Position numbers and translations under genes: made by a program. A stretch of DNA of 63,023 bases, filler included, from Octopus bimaculoides (Eukaryota), in the NCBI RefSeq assembly GCF_001194135.2. It is 4 parts of 4 records of this genome, joined end to end, with 100 filler letters (N's around TTAATTAATTAA, not from the genome) between each part and the next. Parts side by side here need not be neighbours in the genome. Positions count along the whole stretch, not along the records: positions 44,321 to 59,016 come from NC_068988.1; positions 59,117 to 63,023 come from NC_068990.1; 2 more parts are not named here. One strand, written 5' to 3'. Shown here one piece after another: positions 51,736 to 63,023 of the stretch. The notes beneath the pieces were generated by a model. It saw only the letters and a program-made list of their open reading frames with translations, was not told the DNA's origin and made no database searches. The stretch's first letter is position 1, and the number at the start of each line of letters is the position of its first letter.

Positions 51736-51795
<60 letters not shown>

Positions 51796-51829
51796 GGCTT
51801 TTCGTATTCTAAATGTAATAGTTCAGTGA

Positions 51830-52300
51830 AATTATATACGAAAACTGTTCATCAAAATTTATCCAGTCTTATTCTATTGCTTGTTGCCATCTTTATGCCA
51901 GAAGCTCAATTCCACGCTTATACCATTTGACTGGTTTAGAAGCAAAATGTTCGCTGTGTCCGTTTTCAATTTCATCTATATTCTTGAACGTCCGTTCGTG
52001 CAGGAAGTGAGCTATATCTCGAAAAAGCAGTAAACTGATGGTGCAAGGTCTCGGCTGAAGGTACAGCCAGGTAGCAATTCCAGCCCATAAAATTCCTCAA
52101 CTTTGCGCATGATCACATTGTTTTGTCTACTAGAGCCTTGTCACGCTGTAAGAGTGCGCATCTTCGAATGACTAATGCCGAGTAGCGGGTTTTGAAGCAC
52201 CATATACTCGCTTCAATTGCTGAGCGTAAAAGTTAACGTCCACTGTATAACCATCTGGGAAAGTTCAAAGTGCAACACGCCCTTGAAAGTCCACTAAACA
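51830..52300 (-). mobile_element. Mariner transposase C-terminal relic
   Basis: KGVLHFEL..FYAQQLKRV..RDLAPSVYCFFR..WYKRGIELLA*RW. Confidence 0.8.
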
Positions 52301-52939
52301 CACATTATGACTTAATGTTCAAACCGTTCTTATTTGACAACAGGTTCTGAAGCCTGACTGAAATGTTGCCGCTGATTTCTCTTATTATTCTCTGACTGTA
52401 CAATCTTTAAGACAATTATATCAAACCAACAAAAATTTGAAAATTAAAGGAAAAATACAATACGAAATCCATACTTGACATCGATACCACGATAAAAACT
52501 ACGAAGCAAAAGGTATCTGCTAAAGCTGCCTGCATTGCACGGTATGAAAAGCGCGCTATGTTCTTCCATGACAGCAACATGTTTAAAAATAATCCAAACA
52601 ACCCTTATTCAGAGACCTTTAGAGCGTGATGAGCTACTCGTCTGAAGAAAGTCTAACTGGGCCCCACCTGCAAGGTCATGCACTGTTTATCGTGATATGA
52701 GATCATCATGTCGCGCACATATGGTTGTGATGCATATATCTATTGTAATCTTAACAGACGGTTTGTTATGATCGGTATATTGGACTTCGTATAATAATAA
52801 TAAGAAACCTTTCTAATATAGGCAAAGTATTATGGGGCAAAGTTAGATAACTTAGGAAGGTTCTTGGTATTTAAGGTTGCTTGTTGTAGAATAATGTTAA
52901 GAATTTTTTCCAACAGTCTAAACTGTTGTGCGCAAATGA

Positions 52940-52949
<10 letters not shown>

Positions 52950-52980
<31 letters not shown>

Positions 52981-53935
52981 TTATGATTGCATTTATTTGC
53001 CACAAGCGCGAAGGATGAGAGGGACAATGCAAAGACAGACATAAAGAGTTGGGGTTTACATATAATTAAATGAAAAAAAAGAAAAGAAAAAGAAAGTAAG
53101 TATACACGGTATACAATGAAAAAGAAGTGACATATACATAGCACACAAAGGTTAAAAAAAGGTGGCAGGGAAGTTGATAGAGATGTGGCCCTCCTGATAC
53201 AGGAAGCCTTCCAGGGATAATTGCAGATCTCCACTGTCCGAGATTTCCCTGAACACCAAGAGCAAATGCCCTCTTCAATTCCTTCTCCGACTTACTGGTC
53301 TACACTGAGAGAGAAGTACCATCCACGCTTGCCATTTTAGCAACTTTCACCCACTTTTCAGTAAACTTACTCAAGGGCAGCACCTCCCTCTCCGCTCTCA
53401 ATTTCCCTTTCAAGTGAGATATGAAGAAGTCAATGAGAGCCCTACCAAAGAGGAATGTATCTGTACTCATGCCTTTCAGTCTTGTCCACCAAGCAACCTC
53501 TTTCACCACAGTCACCTGGCAAAGGAACCTGCCTTGCCTACCCGACTGAAGGAGGGCGGCGGGGCAATAATCACCACAAACTCGGCCGACAGATAGATCC
53601 GTCCCATAAGTGACAACGGTTGTTCGACATAACCCCTCAAATCAGCAATCCCCGGACACTGAACGAATGCGTGTAGAACGGTTTCGTCACTGTGCGCACC
53701 TCGGAGAAGTCTGTCTGACAGCACATTCGTACCTGTAGAGTTTATCTCGAACTGGTGGCGCCTACCCCGCTCCGGTAGCACTGACAAGCTAAGGACATAT
53801 GGAAATTATCCATCATAGTTCTCGACCTGAAAGTCCTCCTGGACAGACTAGCCAGTTCATTTTCGTCGACGCCAAGAGTCTCCCAGAGAACGTCGTCACA
53901 CTGTCGTTTCATCCAATATATTTGTGGTCACTAAA
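52950..53935 (-). mobile_element. L1/Tx1-like LINE 3' end
   Basis: DETVLHAFVQC Zn-knuckle, KEVAWWTR..KFTEKW, then 3' UTR with AATAAA and a simple-repeat (ATT)n tail at about 52950. Confidence 0.75.
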
Positions 53936-54270
53936 ATAGGGTTCAGCCAGATGAAGTTCAATCGTCTGTTGAGGGTTCATGTATATTCACATTCTAATAA
54001 GTTTATCTGCAGTGAGACACTGATTGATCTATGTTAGTGTCAAGAGGATATTCAATCGCTGACGAAATATCAGCGTAAGATTGAACGTAATTTGGCTGAT
54101 CCGCCTTTTACTGTCCACGAACATATTGTATAAACTGAGAAAGTGTTTACATTTGCTATTACATAACGCAATTCTATAAATCTGTCGACATAATCTCAAG
54201 TAAAACAAACTATATAACATGCATACAAAGTGTTGTTAACGCACAAATAATTTATTAGATATTACAGCCA

Positions 54271-54472
54271 TAGATATTTTCTCTTTTTTATTCGATCCTT
54301 AGACAATAATTCTAAATTTATAGCTTAAAATTTATGCTATCAATGAAATAGCGTCATTTTATCTTTTATATTTTATAACTCCAGATATTACATTATATTT
54401 CCTCGATAATTTCTCTTTTCGCATCTTTATATTAGTTCTTTCAATATATATATATATATATACACATACGCG

Positions 54473-54557
<85 letters not shown>

Positions 54558-54944
54558 AGGCGTATATGTGCCTGTGTGGTAAGAAGTTTGCTTCCCAAAC
54601 ACATAGGAAAGGGCCGAACAAAGCCTGTTCAGATTCTGTCTAGCAAATCCATTCACAAAGCTTTGGTCTGCCCTACATTTGCCTATGGTGCAACATAGTG
54701 GGACTGGACCCGGAGCCATGTGGTTGGGAGGCAAGCTTCTCAGCACGCAGCCACACCTACGCCTAGATATTTTCTCCTTTTTGATTGTATCCTTAGACAA
54801 TAATTCTTAATTTATAGCTTGAATTTTATTCTATCAACGAAATTGCAACATTCCTTCTTTTTATTTTATATCTCCAGCTATTACATTATATTACCACAAT
54901 AATTTCCCTTTTCGCATCTCTATATTAATACTTACAATATATAA
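54271..54944 (+). repeat. About 180-bp direct repeat (54271-54450 and 54764-54944) enclosing (CA)n and inverted SINE B heads
   Basis: TAGATATTTTCTC..TCCTTAGACAATAATTCT..TTTATAGCTT..TATTACATTATATT..TTTTCGCATCT occurs twice. Confidence 0.85.
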
Positions 54945-55318
54945 ATACANNNNNNNNNNNNNNNNNNNNNNNNNNNNNNNNNNNNNNNNNNNNNNNNNNN
55001 NNNNNNNNNNNNNNNNNNNNNNNNNNNNNNNNNNNNNNNNNNNNNNNNNNNNNNNNNNNNNNNNNNNNNNNNNNNNNNNNNNNNNNNNNNNNNNNNNNNN
55101 NNNNNNNNNNNNNNNNNNNNNNNNNNNNNNNNNNNNNNNNNNNNNNNNNNNNNNNNNNNNNNNNNNNNNNNNNNNNNNNNNNNNNNNNNNNNNNNNNNNN
55201 NNNNNNNNNNNNNNNNNNNNNNNNNNNNNNNNNNNNNNNNNNNNNNNNNNNNNNNNNNNNNNNNNNNNNNNNNNNNNNNNNNNNNNNNNNNNNNNNNNNN
55301 NNNNNNNNNNNNNNNNNN

Positions 55319-55352
<34 letters not shown>

Positions 55353-55889
55353 ATGCTGCATTCCTATTATATTTCTATTCTTCTAATAATCTCCACTCAC
55401 AGCAATGAAATGCTTGCATATCATTTGACTGTAATTCAATAACTTTTTTCCCTGTGACTTTTGTTTATATAATATAAATGTATAAACGACAGCAATAGTA
55501 GTTGCACAACTAAACATTCCCATTTCATTACATCAAATATTATAACATTTTTGTTACCAGAATTATACTGCTTTCATGTAGTTTACATAAGTTATATTGC
55601 CTCCATGTCTTTTTTACGTAACGTGCATTGCTTTCATGTTTGTTTTTACGAATTTATATTATTTTCATGCTTTTCATAATATTTAAAACCCTTTCACGAA
55701 AAAAGAAATTTCCCATTATATATTCTTTTAACCATTTAATACCCACATATACATAGTGCCTCTGAACGTTTATTAATCAGTATTGTCCCGCACCTACTTC
55801 TGACTCAATGCCCTTATACTCCATTCATCCCAATATCAGAAAGAATAGATTCATCCAGCAGTTATATATTTGTGTGTATATATATAATG

Positions 55890-55954
<65 letters not shown>

Positions 55955-56511
55955 GTTAAAATATATTACATAAGTATAGATATAACACGCACACNNNNNN
56001 NNNNNNNNNNNNNNNNNNNNNNNNNNNNNNNNNNNNNNNNNNNNNNNNNNNNNNNNNNNNNNNNNNNNNNNNNNNNNNNNNNNNNNNNNNNNNNNNNNNN
56101 NNNNNNNNNNNNNNNNNNNNNNNNNNNNNNNNNNNNNNNNNNNNNNNNNNNNNNNNNNNNNNNNNNNNNNNNNNNNNNNNNNNNNNNNNNNNNNNNNNNN
56201 NNNNNNNNNNNATAGAACATGCTAAATTCGCGAAGTATTTTCTTTTTCTGTTTGATCAAAGAACAACCGTTAATAATATGGTTATCGTAATGAATGTGAA
56301 AATTTGAGCCTTGGGTGATTTCAAAAAAATAATTTTCTCCAACTTTATGACCAAGAAAAACCTGTTCTGAGCCGTTCAAGTGTGTGCATAGCTACATCGT
56401 TTAGAAATGATGCAGGATCTAAATTTTGTGTAGGTGTATGTTCTGATTGCATTAATGTAATGATAGGGCGGCAAATTATTTGTGGCTATTGAAATCAAGG
56501 CGCTTATCCTA

Positions 56512-56765
56512 CAGGGTATTCAAAAAGTCTCTCTGCAGTGAATTATTTTTTCCAAGATGTATTTCAAAACATGTATAGAAGAGTCAACTTATGTATTGAA
56601 AATGAAGGACGACATTTTCAACACCTCTTATAAAGTTTTTTTAGACGTTTTGTAAAGTCTAATATATTATTTTGTAGTCTTATATTTTGTAGTCTTATAT
56701 ATAGTCTTATCGATATTTATTTTGCAATAAAATACTTACTGCGGAGAGACGTTTTGAACACCCTG
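56512..56765. mobile_element. Tc1/mariner-type MITE (254 bp)
   Basis: 28-bp TIRs CAGGGTATTCAAAAAGTCTCTCTGCAGT and reverse complement CAGGGTGTTCAAAACGTCTCTCCGCAGT (25/28), with TA on both sides. Confidence 0.9.
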
Positions 56766-57019
56766 TAGAATGCAAATCGATAATTTATTTGATCGAAAAT
56801 GCTTTGCAAAAAAAAAAAGAAAGAAAAAGTGTTTAATAAGCGAGGTTGTAAAATTTGTGACCATGTAAAAGATAACGTGCTAAATTCAAGACTGTTTACA
56901 CCTTCACTGTTATATGATAATGTGGATACAGAATATAAACAACTATTAAATGCCGACCTACCATTGTTATGAAATGTAAAAATCCTACCAAGAGTATTTG
57001 AACAACCAAATGAGCGAGT

Positions 57020-57680
57020 AAACTTTCCAGACACCTGGATCACTAACCATTATTTCCAGATGTGAATTGGCTAGCTAACTATCATTTTTCTTTTGGCTAT
57101 CTGAGGTATCATTAATGATCTCAACATTTCAATACAGAGAGAGATAACATCGTGTTTTACAGTGACAGACAAGTTTGAACTAAAAAAATTATCTAAAATC
57201 ATGGAAAATTTGAGTGTCAAGAGATTGTTATTACAGTTTTATCTGCTATCCGTAGTTACCACTGATGTCAGGGAAGTCATTAAAGTTATATCCTTTCAAA
57301 ACGTTACTTCTTAACAGATTACCCTTGGAAAACAAATGGCTGGATCCGAAATTCGTTCATGTTATTGACATAAGAATCAATATGGCACATAAAAATGTTG
57401 TAGCTGCCAACTGACATATGAATAAAAATTTACTTCAACACCACCACTTAACTTTGGTTCTTTTTGAATAAAAGTTAAAACAGAATAACTTAAGCTTACT
57501 GAAATTCGTCTGAGAGCATTTCGATTATTTCTTTCAATTTTCAAGATAAATCTGTGAAACTGTTTTCTCATCCATGAGTGTTATTAAAACAAAACACAGA
57601 AATAGCATGGGCATTAATAATCTTTTGCATATGACACTGTCTGGACCACGATTAGATTAGCTGACAAAAAAGAAACAGCT
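57020..57680 (+). mobile_element. hAT (Charlie/Buster-like) transposase C-terminal relic
   Basis: CETVFSSMSVIKTKHRNS at about 57553-57606 matches the hATC LCE..FS.M..IK.K.RN motif; many stops. Confidence 0.7.
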
Positions 57681-59318
57681 TCAAATTTTATTTTAGCAAG
57701 TGAAGGTTAATTTGGCGATACTTTGTTAGAGGTCTTTGTTAGATATATTTTTTTATTAAGCTGTTAAATATTAAATTGTGTTGTATCTCGTGAAGGTCAT
57801 TACATCAATGATAAACACTTGCACTGTTTCTATTTAACTTCTTTCATTATTATTAGTCAATTCGTTAATACGAATTATCATAACAATTTTGTCACCTTCC
57901 AACAATATTATTCATTTTGATGGTGTCAGCAATTTATGCCGTTGGAGTATAAACAAGTGAATATGGTAGATGAACGATGACAAAACGGTAAATAAGACAA
58001 GTTATGAAAACAACAGGGCAAAAATATATAATAAATGAAACAAACATGTGAACAAGGCCAGATATAGAATAAACACAAGATGATACGAATAAATGTACGT
58101 ATAGAAAGACTTTCTTTTGACTTAGTGAAATAAGCGAAGTTGTGCGCCATGGTCTTCGGAATAATTATGAAATATTACGCAAATCAGGAAAGAAATAGAT
58201 AAATAATTAAATAAATAAATAATTAGATAAATGACTGATCAGTGGAACAATTAATTAAGAAAGGTGGATTGCTTGAGAAACAAGAAGTCCATGTCGCGCC
58301 TTGTGAGAAGAGAGAGAAAGAAAGAGATGCGGGCAGTCGAGAAAAAGACAGAAAAAGAGAGGGAGAAAGCGAGCGAGAGAGAGAGAGAAAGAGAGAGACA
58401 GACAGACAGAGGAAGAGAGCTGTCTTAGGGTGGTCAAAAAGGTTAGGAAGGGGAAAGCGAAAATAAAAATAGGCTGAAAGAGATAAATAGATGGAACAAT
58501 ACTAAGATGAATGGGTACCCAGGTAAACTGATGCAAACAACGAGAGATACGTAAATAGAGAGAAAGAAAAAAGAACGATCAGTGTTAGGTGAAAACGTCG
58601 GAGAGAGAAAGAATTGTAAGAATAAAGGAAATGAGAGATAGAAGAGTTTGTGCGATAAGGAGGAAATACAGTGCTTTGTTGTCACACACACACACACGTG
58701 CGTGCACACACACAGAGACACACACATTCATGCACATACATGCCTACATACAAACATATATATACATATTTATGTATGTAGGTTTGTATGTATGTAGGCA
58801 TCTATGTATATATATATATATATATTATTTTGCTTAAAAGAGTTCCAACACTGTCTGTTTTTTATGTTTTATTTATATTCCTGCAGAACTAATGTGGGGT
58901 ATAGAATATGGAATATACAATATATAATATAATATACAATATATATTGTATATTCCATATTCTATACCCCACATTAGTTCTGCAGGAATATAAATAAAAC
59001 ATAAAAAACAGACAGTNNNNNNNNNNNNNNNNNNNNNNNNNNNNNNNNNNNNNNNNNNNNTTAATTAATTAANNNNNNNNNNNNNNNNNNNNNNNNNNNN
59101 NNNNNNNNNNNNNNNNTATACGTATATAAATCTACATTATATATAGTGTAAACAGAGTTAGCATTTCTAATAACTGACTAAAGGTTAAAATATCTGCATA
59201 TACTATCAGTATCCATTACCCGTGCTATCTTTGGGCATTAGTGTGCAGGCACACTAGACACGTAGAGTGCAGGTAACAACAGGATAAACAAGTGTTTATC
59301 AGGAAACAAATATAAATG

Positions 59319-59861
59319 ATCAGAAAATGGAGAACACCTCAGATCAGCAAACACATCCATTGGACCACATTTGTAGCTCATTTTTTAATACAAAATATGA
59401 CATAACATATAGGTGATGTAACAAATCTTACAGCCGTTTCTGCATCCATTACCAAACACTGTCTATAAGTAATTGTAAAAATAAAATTCTTCATCTTGAT
59501 AGGACATTCGAATTAAGGCATGGAACTTCATCAGAGTAAAAAACAAGAACATCCAATATAAACAAACGGAAAAAAGAATAGGAAAGAAAACATGGCCTAG
59601 AAAAGAAGTGTAGAAGCCCAATATATTAAAAGTATATACTCTATCATCTTGATGAAGCTCCATGCCTTAATTCGAATGTCCTATCAAGATGAAGAATTTT
59701 ATTTTCACAATTATTTATAGATAGTGTTTGGCAACAGATGCAGAAATGACTGTAAGATTTGTTATGTCACCTGTATGTTATGTCATGCTTTATTTTAAAA
59801 ATAAGCTATAACTATGGTCCAATCGATGTTTGTTGATCTGAGGTTTTCTCCATTTTCTGAT
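59319..59861. repeat. Long diverged inverted repeat (arms about 215 bp, spacer about 110 bp)
   Basis: ATCAGAAAATGGAGAACACCTCAGATC..TTCTTCATCTTGATAGGACATTCGAATTAAGGCATGG is mirrored at 59650-59861. Confidence 0.9.
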
Positions 59862-59899
59862 TGACTGGCCTTCGTAGGATTTTCGACTGAGATCATTGC

Positions 59900-60175
59900 C
59901 AGTGCCCCTGGACTGGCGCTTGTGCGGGTGGCACATAAAATACACCATTTTGAGCGTGGCCATTGCCAGTACCACCTGACTGGCCTTTGTGCGGGTGTCA
60001 CGTAAAAGCACCCACTACACTCTCTGAGTGGTTGGTGCTAGGAAGGGTATCCAGCTGTACAAACTCTGCCAAATCAGATTGGAGGCTGGTGTTGCCATCC
60101 GGTTTCACCAGTCCTCAGTCAAATCGTCCAATCCATGCTAGCATGGAAAGTGGATGTTAAACGATGATGATGATC
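59900..60175 (+). mobile_element. Retroposon 3' end with (GAT)n tail, RTE-type
   Basis: ..CACGTAAAAGCACCCACTACACTC..CATGCTAGCATGGAAAGTGGATGTTAAACGATGATGATGAT. Confidence 0.6.
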
Positions 60176-61009
60176 TATATCTATCTATCTCTCNNNNNNN
60201 NNNNNNNNNNNNNNNNNNNNNNNNNNNNNNNNNNNNNNNNNNNNNNNNNNNNNNNNNNNNNNNNNNNNNNNNNNNNNNNNNNNNNNNNNNNNNNNNNNNN
60301 NNNNNNNNNNNNNNNNNNNNNNNNNNNNNNNNNNNNNNNNNNNNNNNNNNNNNNNNNNNNNNNNNNNNNNNNNNNNNNNNNNNNNNNNNNNNNNNNNNNN
60401 NNNNNNNNNNNNNNNNNNNNNNNNNNNATATATATATATATACACACACACACAGATAAATATATACATATATACACCCACACACTTTTATGTGTGTGAG
60501 AGAGAGCGAGAGAGTGAGTGTGTTTAGTGTGATTTTGCAGAAATTAATATAGAGAGATAGCTACAAATACAAATAAGTTTAATTTAATTGTCCTTTTAAC
60601 GATGTTTTATGTCAAATCTTGGAGATAAAACGGAACCTACAAATTTTGTTATATTTTTTCTTCTAGATTTTGCTCAAATTCTTCTTTCTTTTATTAGTTC
60701 CTATCAATGGTTTTTCTCTCTCCTCCCAACCTCTGCTTCCACGATTTAGTGTTTCAGCATTTTGTTTCATTGTATTTCATTTCTTTCTTTTTGTATATTT
60801 TCATTGCCTTTCTTGTAAAGTTCAACTTTGCAATATATATTTATTTAAGCCAATTACACCTCTTACTCGTCATTGAGTGATACACCATTGAACAAATGGT
60901 AAACATCTCAATGGTTCTTTACTTGTTTAGTCTTTAGGTAATTATTATCATTATAATCAGCATGATTGTTATATCAGCAATAACAGTAACAACAATAATA
61001 AATAATATT

Positions 61010-61450
61010 TTGGTTATGGTTGAAAAATGATGAACTCAAGAAAGAAATGGAAGAACTCATTATAGCTGCTCAAAGCCAATCATTATGAATGAATATCATT
61101 AAGGCAAGAATAGACAGAACCATGGAATGTGTTAAGTGCAAAATGTGTTAAAAGAACGATGAACCCTTTGGGCACATAAGTTTCTGTAGTCCTTTGGCAC
61201 AGAAAGAATATAAACTTAAGACACGGTTGTGTAGCCAAGGCATTATATTGAGACATGAGACATGTTACATCAAAGAGGTCCTGAAGTAAATGTAAAATGG
61301 TACTATCAACAACTGGAGAGTGTGGAAGAAAGTGATCAGTCTAAGATTGTATAGAACTTTACTGTCGAGACTGACCATGAAATTCAGCAAGATGACCAGG
61401 TATCAATCATTCTGCACAAGATGACAGAAGAGTGCATCGTCATAGAAAGA
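61010..61450 (+). mobile_element. R4/Dong-like LINE C-terminal fragment
   Basis: WLKNDELKKEMEELIIAAQSQSL..KCKMC..LAQKEYK..KWY..NFTVETDHEI; preceded by (AAT)n. Confidence 0.75.
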
Positions 61451-61459
61451 ATTACTGAA

Positions 61460-62420
61460 GTGGTGAATTGGCAGAATTGTTAGCATATAGCACAAAATGC
61501 TTACTAGCATTTCTTCCAGCTCTTTACATTATGAGTTCAAATTCTGCCAAGGTCAACTTTGCCTTTCATTCTTCCAGGGTCAATAAATTAAAATGCCAAG
61601 GTGGTGAGCTGGCAGAAACATTAGCACACTGGGAAAAATGCTTAACAGTATTTTGTTCGTCTTTATGTTCTGAGTTCAAACTCTGCTGAGGTCAATTTTG
61701 CCTTTCATCCTTTCAGGGTTGATAAATTAAGTACCAGTTGCATACTGAAGTTGATCTAATTGACTGGCCCCTTCCCCAAAAATTTCGGACCTTGTGCCTA
61801 GAGTAGAAAAGAATAAATTAAAGTGCTAGTTAGGTATTGTGATTGATTTAATTGACGGACCTCCTTTTACAATTACTTGCCTTGTACCATAATTTGAAAG
61901 AATCATTATTATTATTATTACCTAAGGCAGTGAGCTGGCAGAATTGTTAGCATTCTGGGCAAAATGTTTAGTGGTATATCTCTCATTGCCACATTCTGAG
62001 TTCAACTTCTGCTGATTTCAACTTTGCGTTTTATCCTTTCAGGGTTGATAAATTAAGTACCAGTGGAGTACTGGGTCAATGTAATCGACTTAACCCCACC
62101 ACAAACTTTTTAAGCTTTGTTCCTATAGTAGAAAGGATTATTATTACTACTAAGTTACAACTAAGACAGCAAGTTGGCAGAATTGTTTACATGCCAGGCA
62201 AAATGCATTGCAGCATTTCATTCATGTTTATATTTTCAGTTCAAATTCCGCTTAGGTTCACTTTGTCTTTAATTATTTCTGGGGTTGATAAAATAAGTAT
62301 CAGTCGAGAATTGAGTGTTGATGTAATTGATTTACCCCCTCCTGTAAACTTGCTGACCTTGTGCCAAAATTTGAAACCAATTTTGATTAAGATGATAATT
62401 ATAACTATTATTATTTTTAT
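61460..62420 (+). mobile_element. Head-to-tail array of SINE family A (four heads plus one 3' remnant)
   Basis: Heads at about 61460, 61598, 61924 and 62164, separated by ATT-rich tails. Confidence 0.85.
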
Positions 62421-62494
62421 CATTTGTTTTATATGAACTCTTCAAAGTCTCAGCCAAAAATCTTAAGAAACAGCAAGTTAAACATTTTACTATT

Positions 62495-62669
62495 ATTATT
62501 CTTTTACTTGTTTCCGCCGTTTGACAGCAGCCATGCTAGAACACGAGTACTTATTCTATGGGTCTCTTTTGCTGAACCGCTAAGTTATGGGGATATAAAC
62601 ACACCGACATCTGTTGTCAAGTGATGGCGGGAGGACAAACACAGACGCACAAACAAATATATGTGTATG

Positions 62670-62710
<41 letters not shown>

Positions 62711-62815
62711 CGGGCTTCTTTCAGTTTCCATCTACCAAATCCACTCACAAGGCTTTGGTCAGCCCGAGGCTATAGCAGAGGACACTTGCCCAAGGTGCCG
62801 CACAGTGGGATTGAA
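62495..62815 (-). mobile_element. SINE family B with internal (TA)n
   Basis: CTTTTACTTGTTTC..AAACACACCGACATC..(TA)n..GACGGGCTTCTTTCAGTTTCCATCTACCAAATCCACTCACAAGGC. Confidence 0.85.
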
Positions 62816-63023
62816 CGTATATATGCATATACTCATTTACTGTTTGTTTTTACATGACCGAACGCAGCGTCACCAATTTGTAAGTAGTTATCGTAACTTC
62901 ATATTTTCCGACGCTACTCTATCTCTTTCTCTTTCTCTTCCTCTATCATTTTCCCCCCTCTCGTTCTTCCTCTTTACTACTACGTATCTCGCTTTACCCC
63001 TCTCGTTCTTCCTCTGTTACTAC

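Noticed and set aside
58850-59016. Perfect 76-bp inverted repeat with 15-bp spacer
   Set aside because: Zero mismatches and it ends exactly at a scaffold join; the related sequence at 6540-6640 has no mirror arm. Most likely a fold-back assembly artefact.
61460-62420. Regularly spaced repeats resembling a CRISPR array
   Set aside because: Units are about 200-bp tRNA-derived SINEs in eukaryotic DNA, with no unique spacers and no cas genes.

Overview
AT-rich eukaryotic genomic DNA with many N gaps, (CA)n/(TA)n/(TACA)n/(AGAT)n/(ATT)n microsatellites and retroposons. The repeat landscape suggests an octopus genome; that is inference from memory of the repeats, not a database result. Most ORFs in the supplied track are microsatellite or N-run artefacts. 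Supported content: (1) one compact spliced minus-strand gene at about 14.7-16.9 kb encoding an orphan protein of about 128 aa; (2) decayed elements, namely two different Penelope-like retroelements, R4/Dong-like, RTE-like, CR1-like and L1/Tx1-like LINEs, mariner, maT/DD37D-like and hAT transposase relics, and MITE or foldback elements; (3) many copies of at least three tRNA-derived SINE families (labelled A, B, C here); (4) two oppositely oriented type I hammerhead ribozyme motifs at 50.3-50.8 kb, one with an intact catalytic core, embedded in a repeat that also flanks a Penelope-like element at 33.8 kb. No rRNA, intact tRNA or CRISPR array was seen. Boundaries of decayed repeats are approximate (tens of bp).
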